Below are positions 51,912 to 64,000 of a DNA stretch of 64,000 bases, piece after piece. A model generated the notes under the pieces. That model had not been told where the DNA came from. It did no database searches and saw nothing but the letters and a program-made list of their open reading frames with translations. The stretch is taken from positions 78,926,001 through 78,990,000 of the forward strand of contig NC_043001.1 in the NCBI RefSeq assembly GCF_006345805.1, in the 5' to 3' direction. The stretch's first letter is position 1. Every line of letters begins with the position of its first letter. Both the position numbers and the translations under genes were made by a program. This stretch comes from Octopus sinensis. Lineage: Eukaryota.

Positions 51912-52217
51912 ATTGTTTGTTCCTTTCTCGAGCCATTCCTGGCTCATAAGGGTCGGTTTCCCGGTTTCCTTGACGTATAGGTTCCCCACCTGGACGAGAC
52001 GTCGGTCCATCGCAGGTGAGCTGCAAGATGCAGGAGGAAGGAGTGAGAGAAAGTTGTGGCGAAAGAGTCAGCAGAAGTTCGGCATTACTTTCTTCAGGAG
52101 CCGCGTGGAGCTTAGGTGTTTCGCTCATAAACACACATATCGCCCGGTCAGAGATTCGAACCCGCGATCCCTCGACCGCGATTCTGCTGCTCTAACCACC
52201 AGGTAATGTGCCTCCAC
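51912..52217 (-). mobile_element. tRNA-headed SINE (family V), full-length
   Basis: Minus strand: gtggaggcacattacctggtggttagagc (A-box-like), gggttcgaatct (B-box), later ctgcgatggaccgacgtctcgtccagg (resembles the V-SINE central motif; inference). Confidence 0.8.
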
Positions 52218-52419
52218 AAATATCGTCATAGTGTATCTATAATACACCCCTACACACATATGCATATGTATATAAACACTCATATTCTAAGATGACAGCC
52301 TTCTCATTTTCAGCCTGACTGTTTTCATTTACTTCCACCTACAGGCCTTAATACGATGCAAAACGGTTAAAGATATGAAATGATAGATTGACGTCCGTTC
52401 GGTTCTGTATTCATGTGAT

Positions 52420-52680
52420 CAGAACTTGTATAACAGGGTTGCCCCTCTTTCAATCCAGAGATTATGTTCCAGTGACAAGCATTGCCAGATGACTGGCACT
52501 ACTTTGACTGCATATTTTACGGCAGAGTATCTTTCTCCAAGAAGCGCTGCTTGTGCGACTTTGTCGAATATAACGGCTCCCTCCTCTGCCCGTGGGAAAG
52601 CGATTTAATCCATAAATGGGTCCTTGACAGACACACTTGCTCCAGGACAGAATAGAAGTGGCAGTAATGGTAATTAAGTT
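52420..52680 (-). pseudogene. Possible degenerate LINE RT fragment (RTE-like)
   Basis: SVLEQ, IFDKVAQAALL (cf. AFD.V...ALW) and IISGLKEG (cf. I.SG.KQG) occur in order across frames. Confidence 0.4.
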
Positions 52681-52986
52681 GTGAACCCACGCCCGCTTCC
52701 CCGATTCCAGAACTCTCTAACTGAAACCTCATCCCTGAATACAACATAACGTCATATCCAGGACACACACACACACACATATGTATGCATATATATATAC
52801 ACACACATAGATTCAATACAATACTTACACACACACACACATACAGTACATACATACAATACCTACATACATGCATACAGAGAGATAGACAAACACACAC
52901 ACATACATGCATGTATAAAGTATATTAGGTTTTGTAATCTAAGTTGGTTCCACCTGAAACTTCATCGTCGCGTTAAAATTTGTATT

Positions 52987-53362
52987 CATTATTTACATTG
53001 GACGGATATGTATCCTCATCTTGTTTGGTTCGGCTGATTTATTCTCCAGCCTTCAACAGGTGTTCTGGTAGAATTTTGAACCCAACCTCTCATTCCTAAG
53101 GTTTTTTTGTTGCTGATATTGTTATAATTATTATTATCATTAATATTATAAACCCTAAAGTTCACTCTATAATTGCCCACGGGCAATTAGCGTAATGGCT
53201 AAGTGTGTGGGCTACTAACCCCAAAATTTCGAGTTCAATTACAATCAGTGCCTCGAAATAATAATCATAATAATAATAATAATAATAATATCAGCAAAAA
53301 ATAACTTAACGTATGAGAAGCTAGGTATGGGTTCAAAATTCTACCAGAACACCTAATGAAGT
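52987..53362. mobile_element. Fold-back tRNA-headed element with decayed hammerhead tail, locus 2
   Basis: Left arm ttcggctgatttattctccagccttcaacaggtg; axis taattgccc-ac-gggcaatta; right arm with head, (AAT)n and gggttcaaaattctaccagaacacctaatgaag. Confidence 0.75.
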
Positions 53363-53804
53363 CCTATTTTCTGTTTTGATATAAGCGTATGCGTGTGTGC
53401 CTCTGTTTGTGTGTGCATGCGAGCATACGATGGTGTATATGTGTGTGTGTGTATGCATGTGTGCGCGCCTTCGTGCGTGTTCATATACCTAACATAAATC
53501 GTAGAGTGCACGTAGAAGAACAGTGTGAGTAGAAACAATAACAAATGTATTCATTCTTCACACGTTCTGACATACTCAAGTGTGAATGTCTGATTAGCCC
53601 GGCCGGGTAGCATTCACTGAGCAAGCATACAACACAGTCAAAATAACACAGTGTGTCGAAGTCTCCATACACCGGAAAATTACAACAGTGACCCCAAATT
53701 TCCTTGATCGAATCTCTCAGAACGTATTACGAATACAGCGACACGTTACATTAATACTTACATATATGCATACATACATGTACACACACATAAAAATGCA
53801 TATA

Positions 53805-54147
53805 ATGGTGGTTGCCCCATCGTTATCGAGTATGGCTCTTGCACGAAGCTTAATCAATGTTGTTATCGTGTAATGCCTGTGCAAGATTTTTTTTTAAGTG
53901 AGGAAAGGCTGTGCACTGAGTCAATCCCACTCACTAAGCAACAGCAGCCATAATCCGAAAAGAAGAACAAGTCAACATCATCGGTAACCACTGAGCCGCA
54001 GGTTTTATGTCAGTTACCTGAGTTAGCTTCTCCTAGAAGGATGTCCTAACAAAGGCTAGGAGTCCTTCACTCCCAGTGGTGTAACCGCGCGATCGAGTAT
54101 TCAGTCCAATTATTTCTATGTCCCAGCACATGATACAGTCTTAAGAC
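53805..54147 (-). mobile_element. Composite interspersed repeat (RTE-5'-region-like), copy 2
   Basis: Homologous to 26661-27120 but lacks an internal segment of about 90 bp present in copy 1. Confidence 0.75.
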
Positions 54148-54543
54148 ATTTATTGAATGGCCGCTGACTCTCAAGACTTCCTCCGCCCTTTGACGGGTTT
54201 TGTTTTTTATCCCGCAGGGTGTCCAATAAACACCCTCCTCACCAAGCAAGCTTGGTGGGGTTGCCAGTTTAGTCGCCGACGACCCGAGCGTGCAACAGGT
54301 TGTACTGGGTTACATGTTACCAGTAGCACTCGAAAGTGACCTGACATAACAAATGCATATATATGTATGCTAACATGTAAACTAGTACAATCTGTTACGT
54401 GGTCGGGTCGTCGGTGACTAAACTGCCTGCCGCACCAGGAACGCTTGCTGAGGAGGGGGATTGTTCGACATCCTGCGGGACGAAAAATATGACTCGTCAA
54501 AGGACCGAGGAACTCATGAGTAGTCAAAGGCCATTCAACAAAT
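54148..54543. mobile_element. GC-richer fold-back element with about 165-bp imperfect arms
   Basis: atttattgaatggcc...ctttgacg...cccgcagg...cctcctca...cagtttagtc.ccgacgacccga is mirrored in the right arm, which ends ggccattcaacaaat. Confidence 0.82.
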
Positions 54544-54741
54544 ATGTGTAGATATATGTATATATATGAGCCCGGAGAATGCTTGAAGGCACAAGGTACG
54601 TTATAGAAATTTACCTTACCACGTGTCTCGATACCAAGTCACTATTAGTATATCGTATGCAAATACAGTTTACACTGAATAATATTTATTTCTCAATGGA
54701 TGGAGCACATTTTTGTTGATCCTGTCTTAACGGAACAGTAA

Positions 54742-54786
<45 letters not shown>

Positions 54787-54805
54787 GAACACACGCACGC
54801 ACGCC

Positions 54806-54842
<37 letters not shown>

Positions 54843-55385
54843 GTAATTACACACGATCAGTATCACACCAGCAAACGTGGTTAAGAGTTTTCTCTATAAG
54901 GAATTAAAATAATTTGTTAGAATGTTGTGCTACATAATAAAGAAATGTGTGAAAAGCAAACACGATTTCACACGAACTGGTTTGAGTTGGAAATCAAAGA
55001 GGAAGAAAAATTGTGAAAATGTTTACATACATGTCAAAATATAGCAATTTAGAGCTAATTGATTTTTCATAGTATTATAATATAATAAGTGTGAAAAATT
55101 GAAGAATTTGCAAAAAAGTATATTATTTGAAGTAATAATTAACTTTATAAAACTTAGTACAAGAACGCAAACAATTTAAAGTGAATACAAAATTTACAAA
55201 TGACACAAATTTGGCCGTGATTTAATTAGAAGAATAACATGAAAAAGGAAATGGAATAAACGAGACGAAAAGAAATCAAATTTTATAGAAACATGTTTTG
55301 TATATGCCTCATACCTAAACTAATATTAAAAAAAATTATCATAATATAAGGGAATAGTATTATATATATATACATACATACATAC

Positions 55386-55429
<44 letters not shown>

Positions 55430-55532
55430 TTGTGTGTGTGTGTTTACAAAATAAATCATGTGCTGAACATCATCTTGACTTTCCAAGAATATTTCTTGTT
55501 GTATATACGAATCTTATAAAGTCTGCAATTTA

Positions 55533-55717
55533 GAGGCTCAGGCCTGAATGTGTGTTGAAAAAGCTCGCTTAACGGCTACGCAGCTTCCAGTTCAGTCCCA
55601 CTATGAGGTACCACAGATACGTGTCTGCTATTGAAGACCTGGGTCGACCAATGCCATGAGTGAATTAGGTAGACGAAAATTGTGCTAAAGCCATGCATAC
55701 ATACATACATACATACA

Positions 55718-55770
<53 letters not shown>

Positions 55771-56135
55771 TCATATGTATATGGGTGGGTGTGCGCGCGT
55801 GTGCCAGTATGTGTGTTTGTGCATCTGTGTGTGCGTGCGTGTGTGTGTGTGTACGCGTTCGTTTGTGTGTGTATGTGCGTGTGCATAGGTGTGTGTGTGT
55901 GTGTGTGTTTGTGCATGCGTGTGTGCGTATGTGTGAGTGTGTGTGTGTATATTCCTGTTTATGGCTTCGTGCTTGACAGTAAATTCTTTGTTTTCGTGCC
56001 TGTAAATAAGAGGTTCACTAAGAGTGACCGGATGATTCACTACCAGAATCAAATAAGTATTGTTCGATTTACTCGATTAAATGCTTCAAAGTGGTGTTCC
56101 AGTATGGCCGCACTCTAGTGACTGAAACAAGTAGG
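55533..56135 (+). mobile_element. SINE family B, old copy with expanded internal microsatellite
   Basis: Degraded head (cagttcagtcccact, gggtcgaccaatgcc), about 260 bp of (CATA)(TA)(TG), 3' module ending gtgactgaaacaagtagg. Confidence 0.7.
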
Positions 56136-56638
56136 AAAAAAAATAATGGTAAGTTATTTTGTGTGTATTCATTTACAGATGCATTCTCTGCAACTATTTA
56201 CAATATATGTTGAACATTATCGGTTTCTACCCCCTATCACGCACCTGCACAAATCTTTCGTACCATTTCGAATAGTGCTGCAGCTGCTACTCATATTCAA
56301 CTGCCGTTGCTGATACTCCTTACCTAAAAAAATCAGAGGTGCAATTAGTTTTAAAGCACAAAATACGTCAAGCAAAGCCATGACCATATAACAATAGGAT
56401 TGCTCACAAATAGAAACATTTTTACTTGGCGCTCCAGATTATTTTATATCATTTCTTGATAAGGAGGATTTTCCTATATAAACAATTTATTTCACGTAAA
56501 TCAATCAATATTTTGATCATTGTTTGTATTCCTTCTTATCACCGTACTTTCTTTGTATAATTCTTCATTGGCATTACTCAATTTTTTTTCAAATAAATAT
56601 CACATAGCAACGTGTATGTATGCATGTATGTACGTACG

Positions 56639-56674
<36 letters not shown>

Positions 56675-56928
56675 GATATTTAAGGTCACTTTAAATAAAA
56701 CACTCGATTCAATAACACTGTGTACAAAATCTATACTTGGAATGACCAATTTTAAATACTATTGGATCTTACCAACAAGGTATTGTAATCTTATATGTAT
56801 ACCATTCTGCCTAAATAATGGATCTACAGATGCAATACCAATGCATATTTCACATCTAGTTTCATTCCTCCACTTCACTTTCTATTTCATTTTTCTTATC
56901 TAAAATAACTATTACTTAACCATTTTCC

Positions 56929-56976
56929 TTCCCCGATGAAGGGATATATAAAATATCGCAGAAACAGCTGTAGGAT
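56929..56976 (+). ncRNA. Degenerate minimal hammerhead motif
   Basis: TTCC-CCGATGA-a-GGGATAT-ataaa-ATATCGC-a-GAAAC-AGCT-GTA-GGAT. Core U4 is changed to C; stem III is the palindrome ACAGCTGT. Confidence 0.55.
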
Positions 56977-57176
56977 CTTCTATTTATAAATGTTCTAAAA
57001 TCTTTCCCAGCTTTGGATTTTTATCTCATTCTGAAAATTTGATATATACATATACTACGTTGGACTCCTCATTCGGATAATCACTGAACCTGGAGCTTAA
57101 CTATAGTCTATCCATAGTACTTACTCAGTATTACCTGACACCTTTGGGACTTATTGACACCATTACCTCTCATAAC

Positions 57177-57370
<194 letters not shown>

Positions 57371-57509
57371 GTGTTGTATATGTAAAGTAACAGTTTTAGA
57401 GAAATACCATTGGTTTCATACCTAGCTTCAACTAGACATACCTTCAGTTTCTCTAAACGATAACTGTTCTCTGCGAAGAATGTTTTTTAAACACAAAAAC
57501 GCCTGTGAT

Positions 57510-58125
57510 AGTTTAAGAAATATCCTACTTTAATTTGTTGTCTATTACAAGTTTTCCTTAACTCATGGTTGATTCTAATGTGTGTGGGTTTGGTTAGTCT
57601 CATCTTATGTTTGGGGATTCTATTATATAGATTTTTTTATATAGTTTATGTAGTTATTTTCGTGTTTGGTAAGGTTGTTATAACGAATCATATTATTACT
57701 AGTTGAATTATAAGAGTTATTATTATAATTACTACTACTGGTATATTGGATTTCCTCACCGTATCCGGCCTTAGCTAATGTTGATTTATAACAAAGTGCG
57801 TGTATGTTGAATATATTTTCATTTACAGAAAACCTGGATATTGTAGCCGAGATCTTGTTAACGAGTTACCTAATTATTAATGGTAGATTATTAGATCCAA
57901 CGTTGATGTATTTTATGTTCCCATTATGTTTATTAAACGGTTCGTGTAGACCAGTATCCAAGTCAAAAGTAGCATCTAAACTTTGACTCTACGGTATTGG
58001 TTGATTATAGTGATGGAGAGTCCATTATTTAAAAGAAAAACTTAGAATGTTTTGTACTTGTCGCGCTGTACTTTGCTACATTTATATAGGAAGAATAATG
58101 CGTCAACTCTGTATAGGCCTTCATT
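57510..58125 (-). pseudogene. Penelope-like element RT palm/thumb fragment
   Basis: GLYRVD (cf. GLYRDD), NNGLSITI, LDATFDLDTGLHEPFNKHNGNIKYINVGSNN, NENIFNIHA.CYKSTLAKAGY, NHELRKTCNRQQIKVGY. Confidence 0.85.
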
Positions 58126-58302
58126 CAATCCAGGAATATATAATGGTATCTGGAATACATATATATAGACAAAGGGGTGGCTATGTGTTAAGAGGATTGC
58201 CCACCAAGGACGTGGTTACGAGTTGAATCCATTTCTGTGATATCTTGGGGCAGAACTTAAAAGTAGCCTTCACGTATACACACACATATATATATCTGTA
58301 TG

Positions 58303-58367
<65 letters not shown>

Positions 58368-58631
58368 TGTATATATATACATGTCATATATATTCAAATA
58401 CAAACATACATACACACACACTTATAGGAGACGTAAAATATCATACGATATCAGAGGTGAATATATTTATTTAAGCGCTTGTTATTCTTGTGAGTACTGT
58501 CGTTTATCTGCAGAGATGTAGTATAAGTGTAACCATGTAAACATGATTTATTACATGTTGAAAGTATTGTTACATGATGAATGCTGCGAAACAACCGCAA
58601 TACTCAGGATGGGAAGTGGTTAAATGAATAC

Positions 58632-58668
<37 letters not shown>

Positions 58669-58670
58669 GT

Positions 58671-58745
58671 TTTGATGAAATGCACTTACTGATCCTATGC
58701 TGACGTTCCAAACAACCACAACTACGAAACGTACGTAGAGAACAA
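58671..58745 (+). repeat. Hammerhead-like PLE terminal-repeat relic
   Basis: TTGATGA-aatgca...GAAAC-GTAC-GTA-GAG. Homologous to 60011-60085 and, inverted, to 59871-59931. Confidence 0.55.
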
Positions 58746-58967
58746 ATCAAATTACTTCATTATATTCTTCCGTATTGGGTTACTACGAGTTCATCTAGTC
58801 GTCCGCTAGAGGTGCGTTCCATGATAGCCACATGACGCTTTGAATCCATATTTTACACTAGGCTACACATACACAGAAGCACGCGGGCATATACACATAT
58901 ATATACATTATAAGTGTCGATCACTGCATGCATTGAGTTCTTTGTTGAAATTAGCAGACTGACGTTC

Positions 58968-59017
<50 letters not shown>

Positions 59018-59374
59018 ACAACAGACAGAATCATATATATCTATAAATATTCTAACAAAAATAAATTTTCTTACAAGATGGCATATGAAGGATTAATTAC
59101 GGAAAATATATAAGACAGAAAAAATATAACGGTAATGAAGTAGAAAAAAATTAAGATAATTATTGTAGATAAGGACTATACGACTATAAATTTTAAAGAA
59201 GAATTAGTTGTTTAATGATCGTCAAAGAGATAGTCTTACGAATGAAGCTACTTGCGTATATTTCCGTATATATGTGTGTGTGTGTATGTGTGCGTGTGTA
59301 TGTGCGTGCATGTGTTTGTGTGTGTTTATACACATGCATTTATATGGAAGTGTATTATTGTGAATGTATAATAG

Positions 59375-59414
<40 letters not shown>

Positions 59415-59673
59415 GCGTTTGTATAAAAATGTACTTTCGTGTATATGTGTGTGTGTGTGTATGAGAGAGAGAGAGTGATGTATATGTGTGTGTATGTGTA
59501 TGTGCATGCGTGTGTATGTATGCATGACCTATGTGTTTATGTGTATGTATAACTATGGTCGAAAGGTTTTTACTTAAATATATGAGTATATATTTGAGTG
59601 AGTGTATTTATCCATACATACAAGAATGTTCTTTAGTATGTTAATATATATATAGAGAGATAGATAGATAGAT

Positions 59674-59746
<73 letters not shown>

Positions 59747-59870
59747 TTGAGAAATTGTCATCATTCAGTCTTCCAGTCTTCTTCAATTATAGTGATGTGG
59801 TTACTAATTATACTAGTAAACGCATACAGGGCAAATGTAGGAGAATTTAGGATTAATAGTAGTTTATATG

Positions 59871-60085
59871 ATTTGTTTCTACGTACGTTTATGCGTTGTC
59901 GTTGTCTGGAACCCTATGTTCAAATTGCACTAAATATAATTGGACGCTTGAACACAACCGAGCGTTAGGGGAATACTTCATTGCATTATGTCACAGATAA
60001 CAAATGCATTTCGATGAAATGCACTTACAAATCCTATGCTGACAGTCTAAACAACCACAACTGCAAAACTTACGTAGAGAAGAAA
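59871..60085. repeat. Inverted pair of hammerhead-like PLE terminal-repeat relics
   Basis: tttgtttctacgtacgtttatgcgttgtcgttgtctggaacc (inverted) and tcgatgaaatgca...aaacaaccacaactgcaaaacttacgtagag. Confidence 0.55.
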
Positions 60086-60240
60086 TGAAAATAACCTATG
60101 TTTATTGTAATTTCTTTTCCGCGGGCAATTACTAATCTTAATATTTCATTAGAACTTTATTTCAACGAATCCGAATGAATGAATCGCAAAGCTGATATTC
60201 GTCAGCATTTGAAAGTAAAATCTAAATAAATGCTTATCTA

Positions 60241-61135
60241 CTTTTTGTAAAGGAAACCTCTTAATCACTATAACCACTAAACTCCATAACGCCGATTTCT
60301 TAGTTACCTCCTTAGAGTTAAACTTGGGCTCTTATAAAGCCTTTCATAAATCTATTGAAAAACTTTCGTTTAGGCATGAACATTCTTGTCACCATTCCCA
60401 TAGAATGTTCAAAAAGTTTTAGACATCAGCAATAAGATATCTAATCACTCTTCTAAGGAAATAATCAATAATGTAATTTCCTATTATAAATTTGGCTAAC
60501 GGACGTCAATGTAAAGATAAATTATAACCCTCTAAGTACGAAATTTAAAATTTGTACGATATATGGATTGACATTTTTACAGTAAAAGTTAAGGCTAACG
60601 TTATTAGAAGCGCCGTTTCCTTAATAGATAAATGTTATTCAGATAACCGTAGACGGAAAAATTAATAGACGTTCTGTGGAAGTTTCATTTGGCTGCTGCA
60701 CCGCCAGGAGAAATATCACTCGTAGGTCGCACTAGGCGTCAACTCCAAATTGGAACTGTTTTGACTCAGAAGTTACCTACACAACCAGGTACACAGGTTT
60801 AGCTGAATGGTTTCTTAATCTGAAGTTACCTTAGTGCTCCAAATAATAAACTTCAAAAGAAAAACTGCACTGCTAAATGCGAAATTAAATATAAAAAAAA
60901 GTTAAGCTAACGTCTCATCTTCTCTCCGACAGGTGGATAAGAATACAGTAAGGAAGTTAGCTCACCATATCTAAGACCGGAAGGCCAGCTGCATACGTGG
61001 AACGAGCTATGCCATACGTTAATGGAACATATTAATCAAGTCTTTGTTTCATCGATACCTCTGAAAACATTTTTAGGTATAAAAACTCTACTGACCTATT
61101 AAATTCTAGACCTGATGTTTTCATTAAATGTATAA
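60241..61135 (+). pseudogene. Penelope-like element remnant: RT thumb, linker and GIY-YIG endonuclease
   Basis: LLITITTKLHNADFL, LGSYKAFHKSIEKL..HEHSCH, IWIDIF..KVKANVI..SLIDKCY, INRRSVEVSFGCC, DKNTVRKLAHHI*D, ERAMPYVNG..SLC, RYKNSTDLLNSRPDVFIKC. Confidence 0.85.
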
Positions 61136-62284
61136 GTTCCTTTTATTGAACTGGAACCACATATTTTGGATCAAACACACACACGCACCACACACACACA
61201 CATATATATATTCTATTTTGGAATGATGAGACTCGTATCTAATAATGATATAAATGAGAGCGAATAAATATTGAGTTATGAATCCCTTTCTGCAGAAATA
61301 TGTCTAGGGTTACTCTGGAGTTTTTTTATCTTTTACGCCATCTCAGTTTGAAAGAATATTTGATCCTTGAGATTATGTTCCATTTGTAATGTGTTGTTTG
61401 ATCCAACTGCCACCAAACTCTTGTTCTATCATCTCTGGAGGCCGATTAAGCGAAAAGTACCGGAGCTGCTGTATCCACCAATAATTTCAGGCTGAACTGA
61501 TTGTAAATTACATAAGAAATAGTTTGTAGGTCGCAGAAATTCAAATAATAGTAGATAATTATGTCTGGGTGTACAAAATTGAGATAGAGAATGCTGAGTA
61601 AAATTTGATAAGCGGATGAAAACGTTCGGGAGCGAGATGGATGAATCTATTTTAATTCAAAACCAAGATTTGTCAAACTACATCACTATTTATAAGAGAA
61701 TGGAACAAAGCAAAAAATTAAGAAGTTCGACGATTTAATGCTGTATAGTAAACACAGTTTTATCCTCGTTGGATGGAGTCTTAGCCCGCTCCAGTTAAAA
61801 TATTCCCAATCAGGGATGAAACTAATAGGGGCTGTTTCATTAGAAATTCCTGTTCCAACATTATATGCAACAACGTACACACACATATACACAGATAACT
61901 ATATATACACATACATATACACACACAAGTAATATAGACACACACACTCACACACATACACATACACACATGGTGACTACTCCACCGTCAGAGATGATTG
62001 CGGTCTCATTTTACTTCTTTGTTTTCAATGGCATTTCTTACTTTCCACCCATGACCTCTGAGTTGAGTACTCTGTCTGATTGGATTGTTCTGCACCCTCT
62101 ACCACTCTTCCATTACCATAGGATTTTCCGAAGATGAAATGACAAATGGAGTCGTCCTCAAGTGAGATTTGTACATCATTGGATTATTGTGATAACCGCT
62201 TGTACTACACGAGAACTCTCTGAGATTCTGTGACTAGCTACCTAGTGACAGGGCTAAGTATGTAGTAAAGTCCTCTCCCGAGTC

Positions 62285-62500
62285 ATGTAGATCATAGTGC
62301 TGCTTTCCCGGTTTCCATAACGTACATAGTCCCCACCTGGATGGGACGCTAGTCCGACGCAGGAATACTCATTTTTCCAACTGAGCGAAGTGAAGCAACA
62401 TGAAAAAACAGTTTTTTGCTCAAGAACACAGCGTGACACCTGGTTCAGGAATCGAAATCCACAATCTTACGATAATGAGTCCAACCCATATGCCACGCAT
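62285..62500 (-). mobile_element. Degraded tRNA-headed SINE (family V-related)
   Basis: ttcccggtttcc..acgta..tccccacctggatgggacgctagtcc, shared with 51955-52015; gctcaagaacacagc; ggaatcgaaatcc. Confidence 0.65.
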
Positions 62501-63284
62501 CGGCTAAAGAAATGCTTAACCATTGCGTGATGCCGTAGGTTTTATTGAAGAATGTCTCACTTCTAGAAGGACGCAGTGACAACACCTTGGTGATGCTGAT
62601 TACCGGAGGTTTGACTACATGCCCTCACACCAAACGAAAGTATTTCTCCGTCCCTGTGCTTTAAGTAATTGTCACCATATATGCGACTTAAACTATAGCT
62701 GGAATTCTGACAGGTACTACTACTCCGAGTGAGAGTAGACCTCGAAACAACAGTGACTAAGAGGTGGTCCCAAACTCTTCAGAACCCTGGAAATTCAGAA
62801 TCAGAGCCTCGCTATATTAGATATCAAATATAATTTAGTAGAACTAAAAACAAAACTCTCTACATACTAACCTCACATACTCATACTCAGAATCGCATAC
62901 ACAGCATATCTGTGAGTGTATGCTTACGTATAGATTTTTATATATGAATGAATACTTTTATATATGAATGTATACTTACACATGTAGGCATATAGAGGGT
63001 GCAGCAGAAAATTCTCCCATATCTTCCCGACCCTTAATATAGCGTTAGAGAACTTTAACAGATGGTAATGGTGCGTTCATGTAACTAATGTTTAATTGTT
63101 TTCAGTTACTCTCATGATCGTCGCTTCGACCTATGAACACAGTGTGTTTTGTATTGAAACACTCAGCAAGACTGGTAAATCAGAAGTATTTGAACGCATC
63201 CAGAAAATGCGTATTTATATGTGTTTGAGGTGTATGTGTTTGTGACAATGTATATATGTAAGTATATATGTGTATATATATATA

Positions 63285-63319
<35 letters not shown>

Positions 63320-63339
<20 letters not shown>

Positions 63340-63698
63340 CATACATACATACATACACTCACACATGTAGTAGTACGCACACACAAACGTGTGTGTGTGC
63401 GTATTTGTGCATGTGTGTTTGAGAGTCTGTCTCTGTTGTGCAAACTACTATCTGTTACTGATCACAAAGCTGAAGAAAGAAAAAAAAACCTACATTCTAA
63501 TTATGAACTATAAAACTGATTTACGTCCCGCCCCTTGCGACAGTATAAATACAGTGTTCACATATACAAATAATTATATTTATAAATAACATTTGTGAGT
63601 GCACCACATACCCATATATACATATATACATATATGTATATAAATATGTGTGTGTGTATAGATATGTAACTATATATGCATATATATTTTGCATATAT

Positions 63699-63745
<47 letters not shown>

Positions 63746-64000
63746 CATACATACATACATACACTCACACATGTAGTAGTACGCACACACAAACGTGTGT
63801 GTGTGCGTATTTGTGCATGTGTGTTTGAGAGTCTGTCTCTGTTGTGCAAACTACTATCTGTTACTGATCACAAAGCTGAAGAAAGAAAAAAAAACCTACA
63901 TTCTAATTATGAACTATAAACTGATTTACGTCCCGCCCCTTGCGACAGTATAAATACAGTGTTCACATATACAATAATTATATTTATAAATAACATTTGT
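63320..64000 (+). repeat. Tandem duplication with period 406 (copies about 63320-63597 and 63718-64000, second runs off the window)
   Basis: Copies are identical by eye except for 1-nt A-run indels. Confidence 0.93.

Noticed and set aside
60906-60953. Apparent 15-nt microexon (GCTAAC...CAG|GTGGATAAGAATACA|GTAAGG)
   Set aside because: The sequence reads through as PLE endonuclease coding (SSLRQVDKNTVRKLAHHI), so the splice-like signals are probably coincidental. RNA-seq would be needed to revive it.
61686-61969. Minus-strand peptides resembling FN3 (VVAYNVGTG) or GPCR TM1 (SLIGNILT)
   Set aside because: The motifs are in different frames, start in microsatellite and end in stops. No coherent domain.

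Overview
AT-rich, microsatellite-saturated eukaryotic DNA. The mix of SINEs, mariners, Helitrons and Penelope-like elements and the compound (TA/TG/GATA/AAT)n arrays suggest a coleoid cephalopod such as Octopus; this is inference from repeat style, not a database match. I found no supportable host protein-coding exon, rRNA, true tRNA or CRISPR array, so the window looks intronic or intergenic. Almost all listed ORFs are translated microsatellites or antisense noise. Recognisable content: (i) two abundant tRNA-headed SINE families (here A and B) plus a minor third (V); (ii) decayed non-LTR retrotransposons (a CR1/Jockey-like RT, RTE-like RT, L1/Tx1 RT and two R4/Dong-like restriction-like-endonuclease elements); (iii) three Penelope-like element (PLE) remnants; (iv) four Tc1/mariner derivatives, three copies of a non-autonomous Helitron and several fold-back/MITE elements; (v) local duplications. 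The most interesting signal is a set of hammerhead-ribozyme (HHR) motifs with palindromic stem III, the minimal dimer-type HHR known from PLEs. One HHR family sits in the tail of a tRNA-headed SINE-like element that occurs twice as a fold-back palindrome (27.6-28.0 kb and 53.0-53.4 kb), a candidate PLE-mobilised, ribozyme-bearing SINE. A second notable link: an abundant unclassified repeat (family C) directly follows the stop codon of an R4/Dong-like ORF and otherwise sits in (AAT)n arrays. Coordinates were read by eye and boundaries of degraded elements are approximate.
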